A stretch of 64,000 nucleotides of DNA from positions 174,909,741-174,973,740 of the forward strand of contig CM041465.1 in NCBI GenBank assembly GCA_023213395.1, written 5' to 3'. Every line of letters begins with the position of its first letter. The first letter of the stretch is position 1. This document shows positions 37,539 to 51,231 of the stretch, piece by piece. The stretch is from Cycas panzhihuaensis. Lineage: Eukaryota > Plantae > Cycadophyta. The position numbers and the translations under genes were made by a program. The notes beneath the pieces are model-generated. The model did no database searches and was not told the DNA's origin. It saw nothing but the letters and a program-made list of their open reading frames with translations.

Positions 37539-40460
37539 AAGATCATCCATCGATACTCCAACTGAGAGATGAAGACATCATAGTTGTGATGGAAGAAGAA
37601 GCTGCCTCTATTGACTACTTGTGAAGTACATAAGACCATAGAGAATCCCTGTGTAGTTCGTAGAGAGACGTCCGTTTGTACTACGTTGAAGGCTGCCACC
37701 TACCACAATGAAGAACATGCATTACCAAGAAATTGTAGAGATTAGCCCTAGTCGTTGCTGAAATTTAGAGAGACCAAAACTGTAGGTGCGACAATTGGGT
37801 GCCAACAAAGTTGAGAAATAGGCGTCGAGCAAGAAAGGTATATCGGTGACACGCCACAATTAGCGAGATATTGAAGAATCGGAAGACCCGTTGAAACTAG
37901 AAGATCCACTTGACCTACCGTGGATATCTGCCTATAGACGTCACTGAAGAAACACACAGAGAGGTTTATGCTGGAGCAAAAAGATTTGTCACTTTGTTTG
38001 TTGGTCAAGCGCCATTACTACAAGCTCTAATGGAAGAACAGAAGAAACTTCTTGCCTTTGGAAAGGAATCAAATTGCAAAACATCTGATGGATAAACAGT
38101 TGCAGATGACGGTCTAGGAGGAAATATAGACATGAGATTAAGTCCAACGAGCTTGCTGAGGGTTTGAATATTAGGAAAATCTTTTGCTTTGTAAAACGTG
38201 TTGGGAGTCGTTGTTCTCTGTTAATCTTATGTAACCTGCTTGGGTGAAGTGTGTCGTCGATCAAACCTACCACCATCGATCTGCTCTACGCATGCACCTT
38301 TGTTGTTTTGTCACACTGTTGAGTCGTGGAGATTGCACCCATGTTCATTTCATCATAGCGCCATCACTGCAAGTCAAATTTATAATGAGAAACGCAGAGA
38401 TAATTTGGTAGGGTTATTCTTTTTTTAAAGTTGCAAACTAAATTCAATTGTATTGGGATCTATTTGAAATCTGTAGATGTGAAATTGGATGGACAAGATT
38501 TAATAATTTTTGCAAGGTCAAAAGTGGATTTAACAAGATCGAAATCTCATTTGAGATTTGTTAGCCCCACTTTAGTTTAGTGAGTGGTCACATGGTGAGC
38601 ATTAGTGACCTGGGGCTAACCAGCCTAAGGGGCTTAAGGTCACCCTTCTTCATTTTTGGTGCTTAAGGAGGTCACTTTATAGTTTTCACAATATCTCTTC
38701 AACTAGGTATCTGATTTCCAAATTGTTTGAACTATTGAAATCCTCATTCAGAGTGCTACGATTTGGAATGTGATTTAAGGTATTTTGCTACTAATTTGAT
38801 TAAGTTGTCTTAGTTTGAAGTGGATGCATGAAACTTATGTGATGCGCTCTTGATCAATTCATTCTTAGAGTCATGGAGATGAGTGACATCATCATTTTTG
38901 TACCTGAAAAGAATGAATATTACTTTATAGACTTTCCTTTCCCTTTACCCAAGTACACAGGGTCAAATTATCGTTCTTGGGTAGATAGAATGAAAAGTGC
39001 ATTTGTGTACAAAAGGTTATGGAAAATTATCACTGATGGATATGATGCCTTAACTGATGTAGAAGGGGAAGAAAAATTTAGGAAGAAGAATAGAACAACA
39101 ATTGATGCTATTGTTGCTGCATTAGATAAAGATAAACTACCTTCTTCCTATCATTTCCTCATCCATGCAATTCGTCATGCCAGTACTGCTAAAGAAGCTT
39201 GAAGCCTTTTGAAGGATGCGTATGAAAAGATTCCTGAAGAGGTACAGGAGGTTGTTGAAAAGGTAAACAAAATTATTGATGATTGTAATATAGGTCAAAA
39301 GGATGAAGAAAGTATTGTTGATACTGGTAAAAAGGTATGCCAAGATATTGATGAAAAAATTATAGGTATTGATGAAACTACTGATGAATGTAAAGAGACT
39401 ACAATTGAATGTGTTGTTAAAACTAATAAGACTATTGATGAGCATGTTGAAGATTGTGATCAAGCAATTGAAGTTTCTCTAGACGTTCCTATTATTTTAA
39501 GGGACAATGAATTCAAATCTAATTGTCCTGTTGAAGATAAGTCCGGTGATTTATTTCTCTCTAGTTTGAGTATTGGTTCATGAAGACTCTAGTTGATGAA
39601 GACTCTGCTCCAAAAGCTGAAGAACTCGTTGTCGGATATGCTAGTCAAGAAGAAGAATTCATACAAGATGTTGATGGTCATTCTCAGATGTTTCAAGTGA
39701 TGTTGATTCTTATTTTGATATTTTATCTTCAAATCTTGATTGATGTTGATTATTCATATGTCAAAGAAAATGAAGACAAACGGATTGTGATTGAAACAAT
39801 GGTTGAAGACATGCTTAATATAAACCTTGAATTTCAAGATGATTTTGATGGTTACTTACAGGATTGCTCACAAGATCTACATCAAGCTCAAGTTGGACCA
39901 ACTATGATTTACTATACCTTTTGTATGATAAAGGATTTAGTGTTGCACACCACAATGAAGAATGTCAAATTCAAGGACCATTACTCACAAGGACTACTAC
40001 AAGGACATCATTACAGGAATGAAGTTGAAGATCAAACTGAATACATTATCTTCAAGATAATTCCAAGAAGAAGACGTTGTAAATTCAAAAGAACCCCAAA
40101 TACGCATTAAGGGGAGGTGTTAGACTTCAGAGAGTCAAATATTAGAATACTATTGTAATGCACATTTGTGCAAGTAGGTGGTCTATAGTTTATTGGTTAA
40201 TTAATAGGTAATATGTCATTGGTCGTGTTAGAGGTCGGTGGGCCCCACATATCCCACACCTCATCCTACATATTCTAACTTGTGGTGTATAAATAAGTGA
40301 GTGAGATAGAGTAAAGAACATTGAGTCATTATGGAGATTATTGTGGAGTCATCATTATGGTGTAGACATTCTGATTATGAGTTAATGCTATTTCCACTAT
40401 GTTCATGATGCTTGTTTTAATGTTCTTGATATTGGATGATCTCTATTAAATAATTTAACA
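36117..40460 (+). mobile_element. Non-autonomous Copia-type LTR element with gag only (TR-GAG-like)
   Basis: LTRs 36117-36473 and 40118-40460, PBS TGGTATAAGAGC 36474-36485, PPT AAGGGGAGG, decayed TSD TTTGT/TTCGC, gag relic 38873-39583 (YTGSNYRSWVDRMK..LWKIITDGY). No pol found. Confidence 0.9.
37428..37535. repeat. Compound microsatellite (TACG)(TACA)(TAGA)(TA)
   Basis: Direct read. Confidence 0.92.
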
Positions 40461-43167
40461 TTCGCCATAACAAAATGGTGTGGCTAAAAAAAAAAAATAG
40501 AACCTTAGTTGAAATTGCACAATGTATGATACATTCATAATAATTTGATTTTAAATTATGGGTAGAAGTTGTAAATTGTTCAAATTATTTGCTTAAATAA
40601 ACTTCCTACTAAAGTTCTAAATAATGAAACCCTTGAAGAAAAATGGTCAAGTAGGAAACCTTTAGATAAACAATTAAAAATCCTTGGAAGTGTAGCCTAG
40701 GCCCATATTCCGAAAGAAAAGAGGAAGAAATTAGATCAAAAAAGTTCTAGATATATTTTTGTTAGCTATAGTGAAGAGTGGAGGATGTATAGATTGTTTG
40801 ATCCCAATACACAGTGTGTCTCCACTAGAAGGAATGTTAAATTTGATGAAGAAGGGTCAAGCTCTAATATGACTAGTGATTATTTCTATACTCTCTTACT
40901 TCTTGTTGATGCAACAATTAACTTAAGTGAACCTACTACTCCCATACCAAGTCCTAGAATTGTTAAAGAAATAAATGATTTACAACAACAATTTGAGACA
41001 CTCACTTAGTGATCCTAATCCCAAAAATCAGAATAATTCCCAAACAATATCTACTAATGAAACTATTCCAAAACAAAGGCAGTTAAAATAGGTCCAAAAC
41101 ACCATTGAAGTTGTCGGCCCTAATTTTGATGATTCTTCTGATACCAGAAGGACCAGATCTCAAAAATTACAAGTTAACTTTGCCTTAATGGCTAAAGTTA
41201 TCTCTCAACCTGATCCACAAAGCTTCAAAGAAGCTAAAGACAATCTTGTTTAGAAAACAACAATGAATGTTGAGTACGATGCATTGCTCAAAAATTGCAC
41301 TTAGGACTTAGTTTGTCTTCCACCCAATAAGAATATAGTAGAATATAAATGGGTTTTATCATACCAAATGTAATTCAAATGGTGCAATTGAAAAATACAA
41401 ACCCAAACTAGTAGCAAAAGCTTTCTCTCAAATCAATGGAATAGATTATAAAGAAACTTCTACCCCAACATCACAAAAGAATACAATTACAATTATCAAC
41501 TCTTTAGCAACAAAATTTGGCTAGGAAGTCCATCAAATGGACCTAAAAGTGCTTTTTTAAATGATGACTTACATGATAAAATTTATATGGCACAACCACC
41601 TGGTTATGTCTTCAACCCTAATCTTGTTTGTAAACTTGAAAAATCATTGTATGGTCTTAAACAAACCCCTATGGCTTGGTATGGAAAAATTGATAGATGT
41701 CTTCTTTGAAATGGATTTAAAATGTGTTAATGATTCCAATTTATATTTTAAGAAAGAAAACAACAATATTATTCTTTCAATCCTTTATGTTGACGATATT
41801 ATTATTACTGGATCTTTATCCTTAACCATTACCAACTTAAAAACCAAACTAATGAAAATTTTTGAAATGACTAACTTAGGTTTATTACACTACTTTTCTA
41901 GTTTGCAAATTTGTCAATCAAATTTTGGTATTTCTATTTCACAACCTAAATATGTTTTAGATTTACTTAAATGATTTAACATTGAAAACTGTAAATCTAC
42001 ACCTATGCCTTTTCAATCTGGTCTTAAACTCACTTTATAGTGTAATTCACCTTTAGTTGATGTAGCATTATATTGACAATTAGTATGTAGCTTGATTTAT
42101 TTAACACATACTCATCCTGATATCTCTTATGTAGTAGCTTTATGCTCCAAATATAGCAAAAACCCCACGATTCTCATTGTAATGTTACCAAACATATCCT
42201 GCGTTATTTACAAGGTACCATACACTATGGTCTCAACTATAAATGTACTAACTCTAATCTTTAGTTAATTGGTTTCATAAATTTTGATTGGGCCAACAAT
42301 ATTGACAAAAGAAAATCCATTGTTGGTTTTGTTTTCTTCCATAGTTCTACTCTTATTACTTGGTTAAGTAAAAAAATGTAATCTTTACCTTTTCTATAAC
42401 TGAAGCAGAGTATTGTGCTTTAGTTGAATGTAGTAAAGAAACACTATGGATGAAATCTATGCTTAACGAGATTAATTTTCCTCTTAGTAATTCAATTAAT
42501 GTTGATAATCAAAGTGCTATTTCTATTGAAACTAACTCTGTATGCCACTCCAAGACTAAACATATTGAACTTCATCAATATTTTATTCATAATCTTGTTA
42601 ACAATGGTACTCTTCAACTATTGCATTGTTCTACAAATATAAAGGTTGTAGATCTTATGACCAAGTCTTCAACAAAAGCAAAGTTTTTTTAGCTCCATCA
42701 ACTACTCAAAGTTGAAGAAGTCTCCATTAAAGGGGGATCTACATGATGAAGTCTTTTTCAAGATTTTTGGTTCTCCAAGACAACATTAAAGGGGGCTATT
42801 AGAATAATGTTAAATAATATCATCTAGGAGCTCTTGTTATGTTTTAATGTAACTTTATAAAGTAATTTACTATATTGTATATGATTATAATAAATTAATT
42901 ATTGAATTCGTTGGAAGTCCAATATTTGCACAACAAATAAATATCTTATCCTCTTCTCTACGTGAGAGAGATTATTCATAATGCATTACAATGTAATATC
43001 TTGCTATTCTATATATATATTATTTTTCTGAGGTGGTTTTTCTACCCTAAGGGGTTTTCCACTTGTCATTTTTGGTGTTCATAACATGATTATTCAGAAC
43101 CTATTGTTCATTGAATTATGTAATATTCAATGTAATTTGTAATCTTTGAAGCTCAAACAATTCAACA

Positions 43168-44074
43168 CACCCAAAGCAATGAAAACTCTTTTAGATCCAT
43201 ACTTTGATGTGTTTGAAGAACCTAAAAGAAGCCCTCCAATACAGTCCATACAATATGCCATTGATGTTTTTTTGAGGTCACAACTACCAAATCAATATCC
43301 CTACTAAACAAACCCTATTATAGGTATTGAATTAGAGTGCCAACTCATGCAATTCATTGAGAAGGCAAGATCCAACCAAGCTCCTCTCCTTGTGGCTCCC
43401 CTACTCTATTGATTCCCAAGAAAGACCAAAAATGGAGATTGTGTATTGATTACAAGGCTCTCAAAAAAATAACCATAAAAATAAATATCCTCTTCCATGT
43501 ATCAATGATCTATTTGATCAACTCCAAGGAGCTTAATATTTTACTAAATTAAACCTGGCCTCTGGATATCATCAGGTCTGCATAGAATCTTGCATCACAT
43601 GGAAAATGACCTTCAAAACCAAAAGTGGCTTAAGTGAGCAGTTAATAATGCCTTTTGTCTTAACCAATAGCCCTGCCACCTTTATAAGGCTCACAAATGA
43701 CAAATTCGCCCTCACTTGGGTAAATTTGTCATTGCCTAGCTTATTGACATACTCGTTTTCAGAGCAACTATGGAGGAACATATATAGCATGTAAACAAAG
43801 TCGAGACCATACTTCAACAACACCAACTCAAAGCCAAACTCAAGAAATGTTTCTTCAGTCAGGAATCTATCTCCTACCTTACATTTGTCATTGATGTAGA
43901 GGGCATCCATATTGACTTGAACAAAGTCCGAATTAGACAAGAGTGGGCTACCCCCACCAACATCATAGAGCTTAAAAGTTTCTTAGGAAGTATTAGCTTC
44001 AACAAGCAATTTATCTAACATTTCTTAAGTATCACACATCCCCTCAACATACTCATGAAAAGATCCAAGGATTT
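43168..44074 (+). mobile_element. Chromovirus-type Gypsy RT fragment (host of the two flanking insertions)
   Basis: [42 protein letters not shown] and MPFVLTNSPATF motifs. Confidence 0.9.
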
Positions 44075-44930
44075 TGTTACGTTCCCAATTTATGAAGAAG
44101 TCGATTTTAGGAGAAATAAGGGAGACAATACTTTTAGGAGAATAGTCATTGCATCCCTAAATTAGATGAAGTCGATATTTTGAGGAGAGAGGATTAGAAG
44201 TTGGGTTTAGAGAGAGAAAATAAGACTATAAATAGAGGAGCCTCATTCATTTATGTTCATCTTAAAGAATTTAATATTTTATCGGATTGATGGACTTGCA
44301 CCATTAGGGCATGCTAATGCCAACTAGGAGGACACCATCACCTCGAAGAAGGCATTACTATTGTTGGGCATTTCATCTAATATTATTATTTATACTATTG
44401 TTCCATATTTACTGCCGCAATACTATTATTATATGTGTATATTATGAGTATAGTTGAAGTATCTGATGTATGCATGTTGAACTATTATTATTTGAAGACT
44501 TTCTATTGCAATTATTATCATTTCTATTATATGTGTATGGGCACCACTAAAATGGTATCAAAGTCAAGTTGAATACAAATCTCAACAAAACCATGACTGA
44601 AGAGGGTTCGTAACAAAAACCATGAGACCCATGACTACATCAAACCAGATCCACGTTCGCATTGAGAGGAGTCTAACTGCCATTTGAGGAACTAAAGCAA
44701 AGCTTGTTATGTAGACTGTTTTTGAAGAGACAAAAGATTGTTCTGTATATATAGGCTAGTTTGTTGGTCTCACAAATAAGGCATTGTTAGCCATCATTAT
44801 GTGGTTCTGTTGTCAGGTCATCCCTCTAAAAGACGCAAAATTAAAGTGGTATTACTATTCATAAACAACCTGCACAACAACGAGTACAGATTACACAATT
44901 ATTGTATGTTCCCATGAAAACGAGGGTGTG

Positions 44931-45272
44931 TTGAAGGCACGTCGAAGTCCTTCCTCTGGTCTATGCTAAATTGAGTAGGACTTGGGTCTTCATAGATATT
45001 GTCATGCCCAGAAATGTCGAGGCCTATGTTTCAGAATTGGAGTTAGTCATAGTATATAATGTTAGCAATCTGAAGGAGGTAGTTGAAGCGAGCAAACAAA
45101 AGAGGCAAAGGGGAGCTTTGGAAGCAAGGTGATCATTGATGAAGAATTTAGGCAGTTTGAGACATGGAGAGATTTATTCAAGATGGTGCCAACCATTAAG
45201 AAACTCAAAGCTTATGCTGAGAGAACAAGAATTGCAAAACTAGAAAAATACAGGGCAAAGAAGGGAGATGAT
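44931..45272 (+). pseudogene. HEMA: Captured fragment of glutamyl-tRNA reductase
   Basis: Translates (one frameshift) as [89 protein letters not shown], matching plant HEMA [47 protein letters not shown]. Confidence 0.88.
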
Positions 45273-46282
45273 CAATTTTTTTCTTCCCCACATTGAAAGA
45301 ATTCATTTGTTGGTAATTGAATCTCGCGGGAGATAGCCTTGAGAGTGGAGGCAAAATTCACAAACTAAGGCCACATAGAGAGAAAAGGGGAGAGAGTATA
45401 GATTTATTTATTTTTATCCTAAAGTATTATAAATTTAATTACATTGAGTTTTATTTCGAGTTCACCCTTCCCCTGAGTGACAAGTGGTCACATGGTGACC
45501 TAACGTGATCAAGGGCTAAGTCCAAAAGGGCCCTTTTCTTTTCTTTTCTTTTTTCAGCTTCATTTTTCAAAGGGGATACCTACACATTTTCGTCCATAAC
45601 TCCTCCTGCAAGTGCCAAATTCCTGGTTTGTTTGAACCGTTAGAATCCTAGCTCAAAGATGATAAATTTGAGTGGTCATATGGTATAGTTCTGACCAATC
45701 TTTGGTATAAATTTTAATCGTTGAAGTTGTAGCTCTTGTTGACAAAGAAAAATGGAGAACCTAAAAAAGCAATATAGAAGATTCGCTTAGTGAGAAAATT
45801 TCGGGATATATAAGATTTCTCCCTAGGAGGAAGCATGACAGCTACGCAATGGCTTCAACATGTTGATGAATGTTACAAACTCTCACCAAATATAGAATTA
45901 GAAGTTTACAGACCATATGTTCAACGATACTTGACAAGAGAAGCTCATTATTGGTTTACTAATTGGTTAACCAAACTAAGGGTACTTAGCAAATGGATGT
46001 GGTTTCAAGTTTCATTTTCTGTAGCAATTGATAAATGGGAGCTAGACGATGAAGTTTGAAACAACCAAACTCCAGAGGACAGAAAAAGGCCAACACAAGG
46101 AGAAACACATCACAAGGAAAACGAACATCAAGAGGAGGAAGCACATCAACGTTAGTTGATACATGAGCAATGCGAAGTTGCCAAATAATTGGAGCAAGTA
46201 GACAAACTGACCAAAAAACAAGAAGAACAGACCCTTGATAAGGAAATTTTGGAAGATCAAAAGAACAAGAATAACAAACCCT

Positions 46283-49200
46283 TTAGGCATGGGCCTCCTC
46301 TAAAATCTTTGTTTTGATTGTTGCTGCTACGAGCACTAGCATCTTTCCTTTTCGTAGGATTAAATTTCCTTGGCAAGTGTACTTGGTATTAATTCCTTTC
46401 TTGAGTTCTTGTAGCGCCTTTTGAGAATGAGCATCCTCGATGTAACCTTGGACTAATTTGTCCATCCATACTGGGTTAACTAAGGTAATGGCTTTTAATG
46501 ATGCTTTGTCCTCTTCCAGATCTTTCGCTACAGATCTTGATAGCGCATCTGCTATGACGGTCTCTTTTCCTTTCTTGTAAGCTATCGACAAGTCGAATGC
46601 TTATAATCTACTCACCCACTTTTGCTATTCATCTGTTAAAGATGTTTGATTCAGGAAATATTTTAAAATGTCGTGGTCAATTTTAACAATAAATTTATCT
46701 CCAAGCAAATATTATCGCCACCACTGGATGATGTGCATAATGGCTAGCATTTCTTTGTCATATATTGTCTTGAGGCGCTCACGGTTATTGAGCTTACAAC
46801 TTCCATATGTTAGTGGTCGGTCTTCTTGTAACAAGACCACTCCCAACCCAAAACTAGAGGTGTCACACTCAATAGTCAAGGGTTTTGAAAACTATGGTAG
46901 TGCTAGGGCTGGGGCAGTAGTCATAACTATTTTTAGTTGTTGGAATGCTGCTTCTACCAATTGATTCCATTTAAATGCCTCTTGTCTTGTCAGATCTATT
47001 AGAAGTACAACAATATGAGCGTACCCCTTGATAAACTTGCATACGAAATCCCTGAACTCTTGTAACATTCTTGGGTGTAGGCCAGTTGATAATCGCCTCA
47101 ATCTTCTTCGGGTCAATTTGCAGTCCGTCGGAAGATATTATATGCCCCAAATATTCTAACACAATTTGACCAAAAGTAATTTTTTTCTTGTTTGCGAATA
47201 ACTATTGATTCCTTAATAGTTGGAAAATGATTTATATATGCTAGAGATGTTCCTGCCAAGAGCGACTATAAATTAGGATATCATCAAAAAAAACTAGCAT
47301 GAACTTTTAAATATATGGCCTTAAGGATCTAGTTCATCATACTCTGAAACGTTGTGGGAGCATTTGTCAGCCCAAAAGGCATAACCCAAAACTCGAATAG
47401 CCCTTCATGTGTGCGAAAAGCCGTTTTATGTGTGTCTTCATCTTTGATGCGAATCTGATAGTACCCAGAGCATAGATCAATTTTTGAGAAGAATTTTGCT
47501 CCATGAAGTTCATCCAAAAGATCATCGATACGGGGAATCGAGTATCTATTCTTGATTGTTAATTTATTGAGAGCCTGATAATCTGCATACATCCAATACG
47601 ATTCGTCTTTTTTTCGCGCAATTATAACTTGAGATGCGAAAGGACTACTGCTTGGCACAATGATTCCCTGTTGGAGAAGATCTTATGTGATGTGCTCAGT
47701 CTCCCATTTGTTATGGAATAGGTGCCTATATGGTCTGATATTGACCGGGGCAGATTGAGGAACCAAACCAATCACATGCTCATATCTGCGACTAGGAAGA
47801 AGTTCAGGCAATAGTTCTTCAAAAACCTTACTATACTAGTCAATTAGTTCTTGTACCTTCGTGGGAACTTCTTCTGCTGCTATCTTATAGCAGGAAATCA
47901 TGAAAGAAGTGGGATTTTTCCTAAGTATCTTTTCCATATGTCCGGATGATATTAATTCTACTGGAGGGATGTTTGGAGCTTGTAGCTTATACTTACATCC
48001 CTTTTCGTGAAAACACATAAACTGTGTTCGATAACTAGTATCAATGTTTCCCAAGTTTTGTAGCCATTGTACTCCTAAAACCATGTCAACACCACCGATA
48101 GGCATGGCAAAAATGCAAGTTGTGGTCAAGTACTCCGCAATGTGTAAGCTTACTTGCCAACAATAACCACTACAAGGCATGGTCCTACCGTTTACTATTG
48201 CCACTTGGAATATATTGAGTGGCTTTACTGTGAGAACTATCTTTTTTGCAGTAGGGAAATTTATGAAATTGTGTGTACTACCACTATCCACCAAAATGGA
48301 AACCTCTGCATTTTTTATTAACCCTAGAAATCTCAATGTTTGTGGTGTGCATGTCTCCCTAGTGATGGTTTGAAGTGATATCTGAACTTTGTATGGGTTT
48401 GTATTCAATAGCTCCTCTATCTAGGCTTCGTCTTCTTGGACCCGTGCTTCCTCTTCTATAATTTCTTCCTCAGTTTCGTCAAGGAGGGGCTCTTCTTCAT
48501 TATTCATCATAAACATCTTCTTAGGAGGGCATCTATGTTCCCGATTATACTTTCTTCCACAACGAAAACACATTCCATTCTTGATGTGCTCTGCTCTTGA
48601 TATTTGTTCATCCTTTTACTCCGCTGTAGGAGCATTGACTTTAATTCCAGACTCTGTCCAATTTGGTATAAACTGCTGGCTGAGAGGTTTCTAAAACTTG
48701 GTTTGACGAATAAAATTTTGTCTTCCTTCTCTGGATTTTGCTTTAATGTTCCTGGCATGGCGAATGGCATCAGTAAGGAAGCTAACCTCCATGATCTTTA
48801 GTCGAATACTTGATACTGGATGTGTATGCTTCTACAAGCTATGGTTCATTGATATGGGTATCCACCATACTGTGCAGGGCTTGGAACTGCTCAGTATAAG
48901 ATTGCACTGTACCGACCTGTGATAACCTAGTAAGCTAGGCGAAATAATTCATTTTCATTGTATCTTCATATTGTTGGAATCGAAACTTCTTAAAAAAAAT
49001 CCAGTTGCAGTGGATTGTTCCCTTGTAATTCCTTCCACCAGTGAAAAAATTTTAAGGCTTTTTCATACAAGTGCAGGGCTACCACCACTAATTTCTCCTT
49101 ATTGGTTAAAGAAGTGGTTTTGAAGTAGACCTCCATCTGCATCATCCAACTACGGATATCGTCAAAGTTTTCTAGCTGAAATTAAATTTCCTTGAGACCA

Positions 49201-50047
49201 AACCCAACGTGATCTTTTGAATCTCCCCCTTCTTCTTGGCTCTGCTCCTCTTCTTTAACTCCACTTTGAGGTCCAAAATCTTTTTTTGGAGCCAACATAA
49301 TATCACGAATTTGTTGTAGATCTGATTTTAACTCCCTGTATTGATTCTACATTAGTGTGATACTACTGTCCAATTGATCCACCGGTTTTTCCACGTCCTC
49401 GATTCCCTGAGAGGCCTAGAGCACCATTTTTCCTATTGTGGTTTTTACTGACCTTAACTTCGTTCTATTGGGAAAAAAAATTTCTCAGATCTTTTCTTGC
49501 AGAAACACGCCAAATACTCGCTTCGAACGAAGCTTTGATACCACTTGTAACGACACCAAAGTATCTCTTGAATGGAAATGGACCAAAAATAGAGAAAATA
49601 CAACAATACCTCTTCTACTGCTATTATAAATATTAATATACAAAAGTACTGACCAAAAATACAAGGAATATGTGATATTTATTCTTTGGATACAAGATAA
49701 ATACACAAGATTATACTTATCTTGAGTACAAGATATATGTCATAATACCTAAATAAATATGAAGTACAACCTATAGTGATGTCCCTACTTACAACAGTCC
49801 TCTTCAAGGCGAGGTTCCCTCCTAGATATTGCAGCCCTAGGGCCAAAAATATAGTAGTCAAGCTATTCACTGCGATGCCCTAGAATAAGGTCCTAAGGAC
49901 CCTTAAATAGGCGATCAAATGGTCCTTATGTAAGTCGACTAGAATGAAATCATAATCTAGAGTTTAGTCGACCTGAACCACATTAAGAAGTCAACTAGAA
50001 ATAGTGTATTCTGAGCCCTTTATTAAGGTCGGCCAGATTGATGGAGA
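46283..50047 (-). mobile_element. Chromovirus Gypsy element, 3'-truncated (5' LTR from 49546, PBS 49532-49543, gag-PR-RT-RH)
   Basis: TGGTATCAAAGC PBS, ILVDSGSTHNFI protease, [14 protein letters not shown] and [22 protein letters not shown]. Ends before the integrase core. Confidence 0.92.
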
Positions 50048-50330
50048 TGTTACTAATGTTTATGTGGTGTATATGTGCAAATATATGGATGTAATAATAT
50101 GATGAAACACTGTAATTATGTGGGGCAATGGATGTAATATGTAAGGCACTTATGGATCTATTTAAAGGGATCCAAAATCCATTGTACTTTATGATTTGGT
50201 ATCAATTTAATCCATATTTTCTGTTGTGGGTTTTTACTACAAAGTTTCCCACATCAATTATGTGTTGTGCGCTTGTTCATTTCATGCTTGTTGTGTACAT
50301 AAATGATCTATTTGTGTGTGATTTCTAACA
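50048..50330 (+). repeat. Isolated Copia-like LTR fragment
   Basis: TGTTAC...TTCTAACA termini and a Copia-like GTGGGTTTTT..TTTCCCACATC motif. No TSD found. Confidence 0.5.
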
Positions 50331-51231
50331 TAATCCTTCCATCCTCCCTTCATCATGTTTCATCTCCTAGCAAAACAATTATCCCTTATATAAATCCATC
50401 CTGTCTATCCCGGCCTCCCACACTACTATACCATCAATACTGTTTTCTCCATTAAGTCCTTTATATAGTTTTAGCCCTATTTTTAAACCCCCATTAAAAT
50501 CCTTTTCCCACAAAAGAACATCTATCCCTAATCCCACATTTGTCTTTTTCCCCAAAATACCCTAGTAGTCCAATAAAAAATGAACTAATCCCAAACCCTA
50601 TTCGAATTAATTTCCAACATCCTGTACTTCCTACTCTATATCTTTTTTATCCTTGTTTCCTACACTTTCAAATCTATGGTTGGTCACCTCATTGAACCCA
50701 ACTTCTCCCACTCCCTCTTACACTATCCAAACATCAATGTATGATCCTTATGATCAATTCTTTTCTAAACTCCCAAAACTACATCATAACCTTCCTCACA
50801 AAATCTCTTTATATTCTCACCAACTCTCATCCCCCAAGTAATATTATTTGAGGATAAAATATACAGTCACAAGACAGAATCATGGACAACATCATCGACA
50901 CCACGCAAGTCTCAGGATCATTTTTGTACATAACAAAATACAATCGGTAGCAAGTCCTAGACATAGACATGTACAGGTTCAAGTTACGTATCATTTATCT
51001 CCAACAAGAGGCACCAAATTGGATCAAAGTTTTATGACATAAAAGACTTACCAAGCAACGGAAGAACTTGGAAAAGCTAGATCAAGCAACTCCACACGCA
51101 ACTGCCTATACTTTGAGGGCGAAGTATTTTAAGGCAAGGGGAGTTGTTACATTCCCAATTTATGAAGAAGCCAATTTTAGGAGAAATAAGGAAGGCAATA
51201 TTTTTAGGACAATAGTCATTGCATTCCTAAA

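Larger units (their letters stand above)
33564..43167 (+). mobile_element. Ty1/Copia element of the same family as 1-5781; 5' LTR missing, interrupted in INT by 36117-40460; 3' LTR 42797-43167
   Basis: Gag ITTHVKDDD and INT HSNICGPFQVPSYSGS nearly match the first element. RT/RH at 41200-42700. PPT ATTAAAGGGGG occurs twice (about 42726 and 42785). Confidence 0.92.
44075..51231 (+). mobile_element. Non-autonomous Gypsy-like LTR element (5' LTR about 44075-44550, PBS 44553, gag relic about 45750-46280, PPT about 51131-51143, 3' LTR from 51145 interrupted at 51232)
   Basis: TGTTAC(G/A)TTCCCAATTTATGAAGAAG... shared at 44075 and 51145, TGGTATCAAAG PBS, gag-like QWLQHVDECY..YLTREAHYWF. Confidence 0.85.

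Noticed and set aside
44931-45272. Functional link between the HEMA fragment and the tRNA-Glu-primed Gypsy
   Set aside because: They are different elements. The HEMA carrier has a Met-type PBS, HEMA uses plastid tRNA-Glu, and the fragment is partial and frameshifted. Treated as coincidence.
50048-50330. Clean solo LTR from unequal recombination
   Set aside because: Flanks GGAGA and TAATC are not a TSD.
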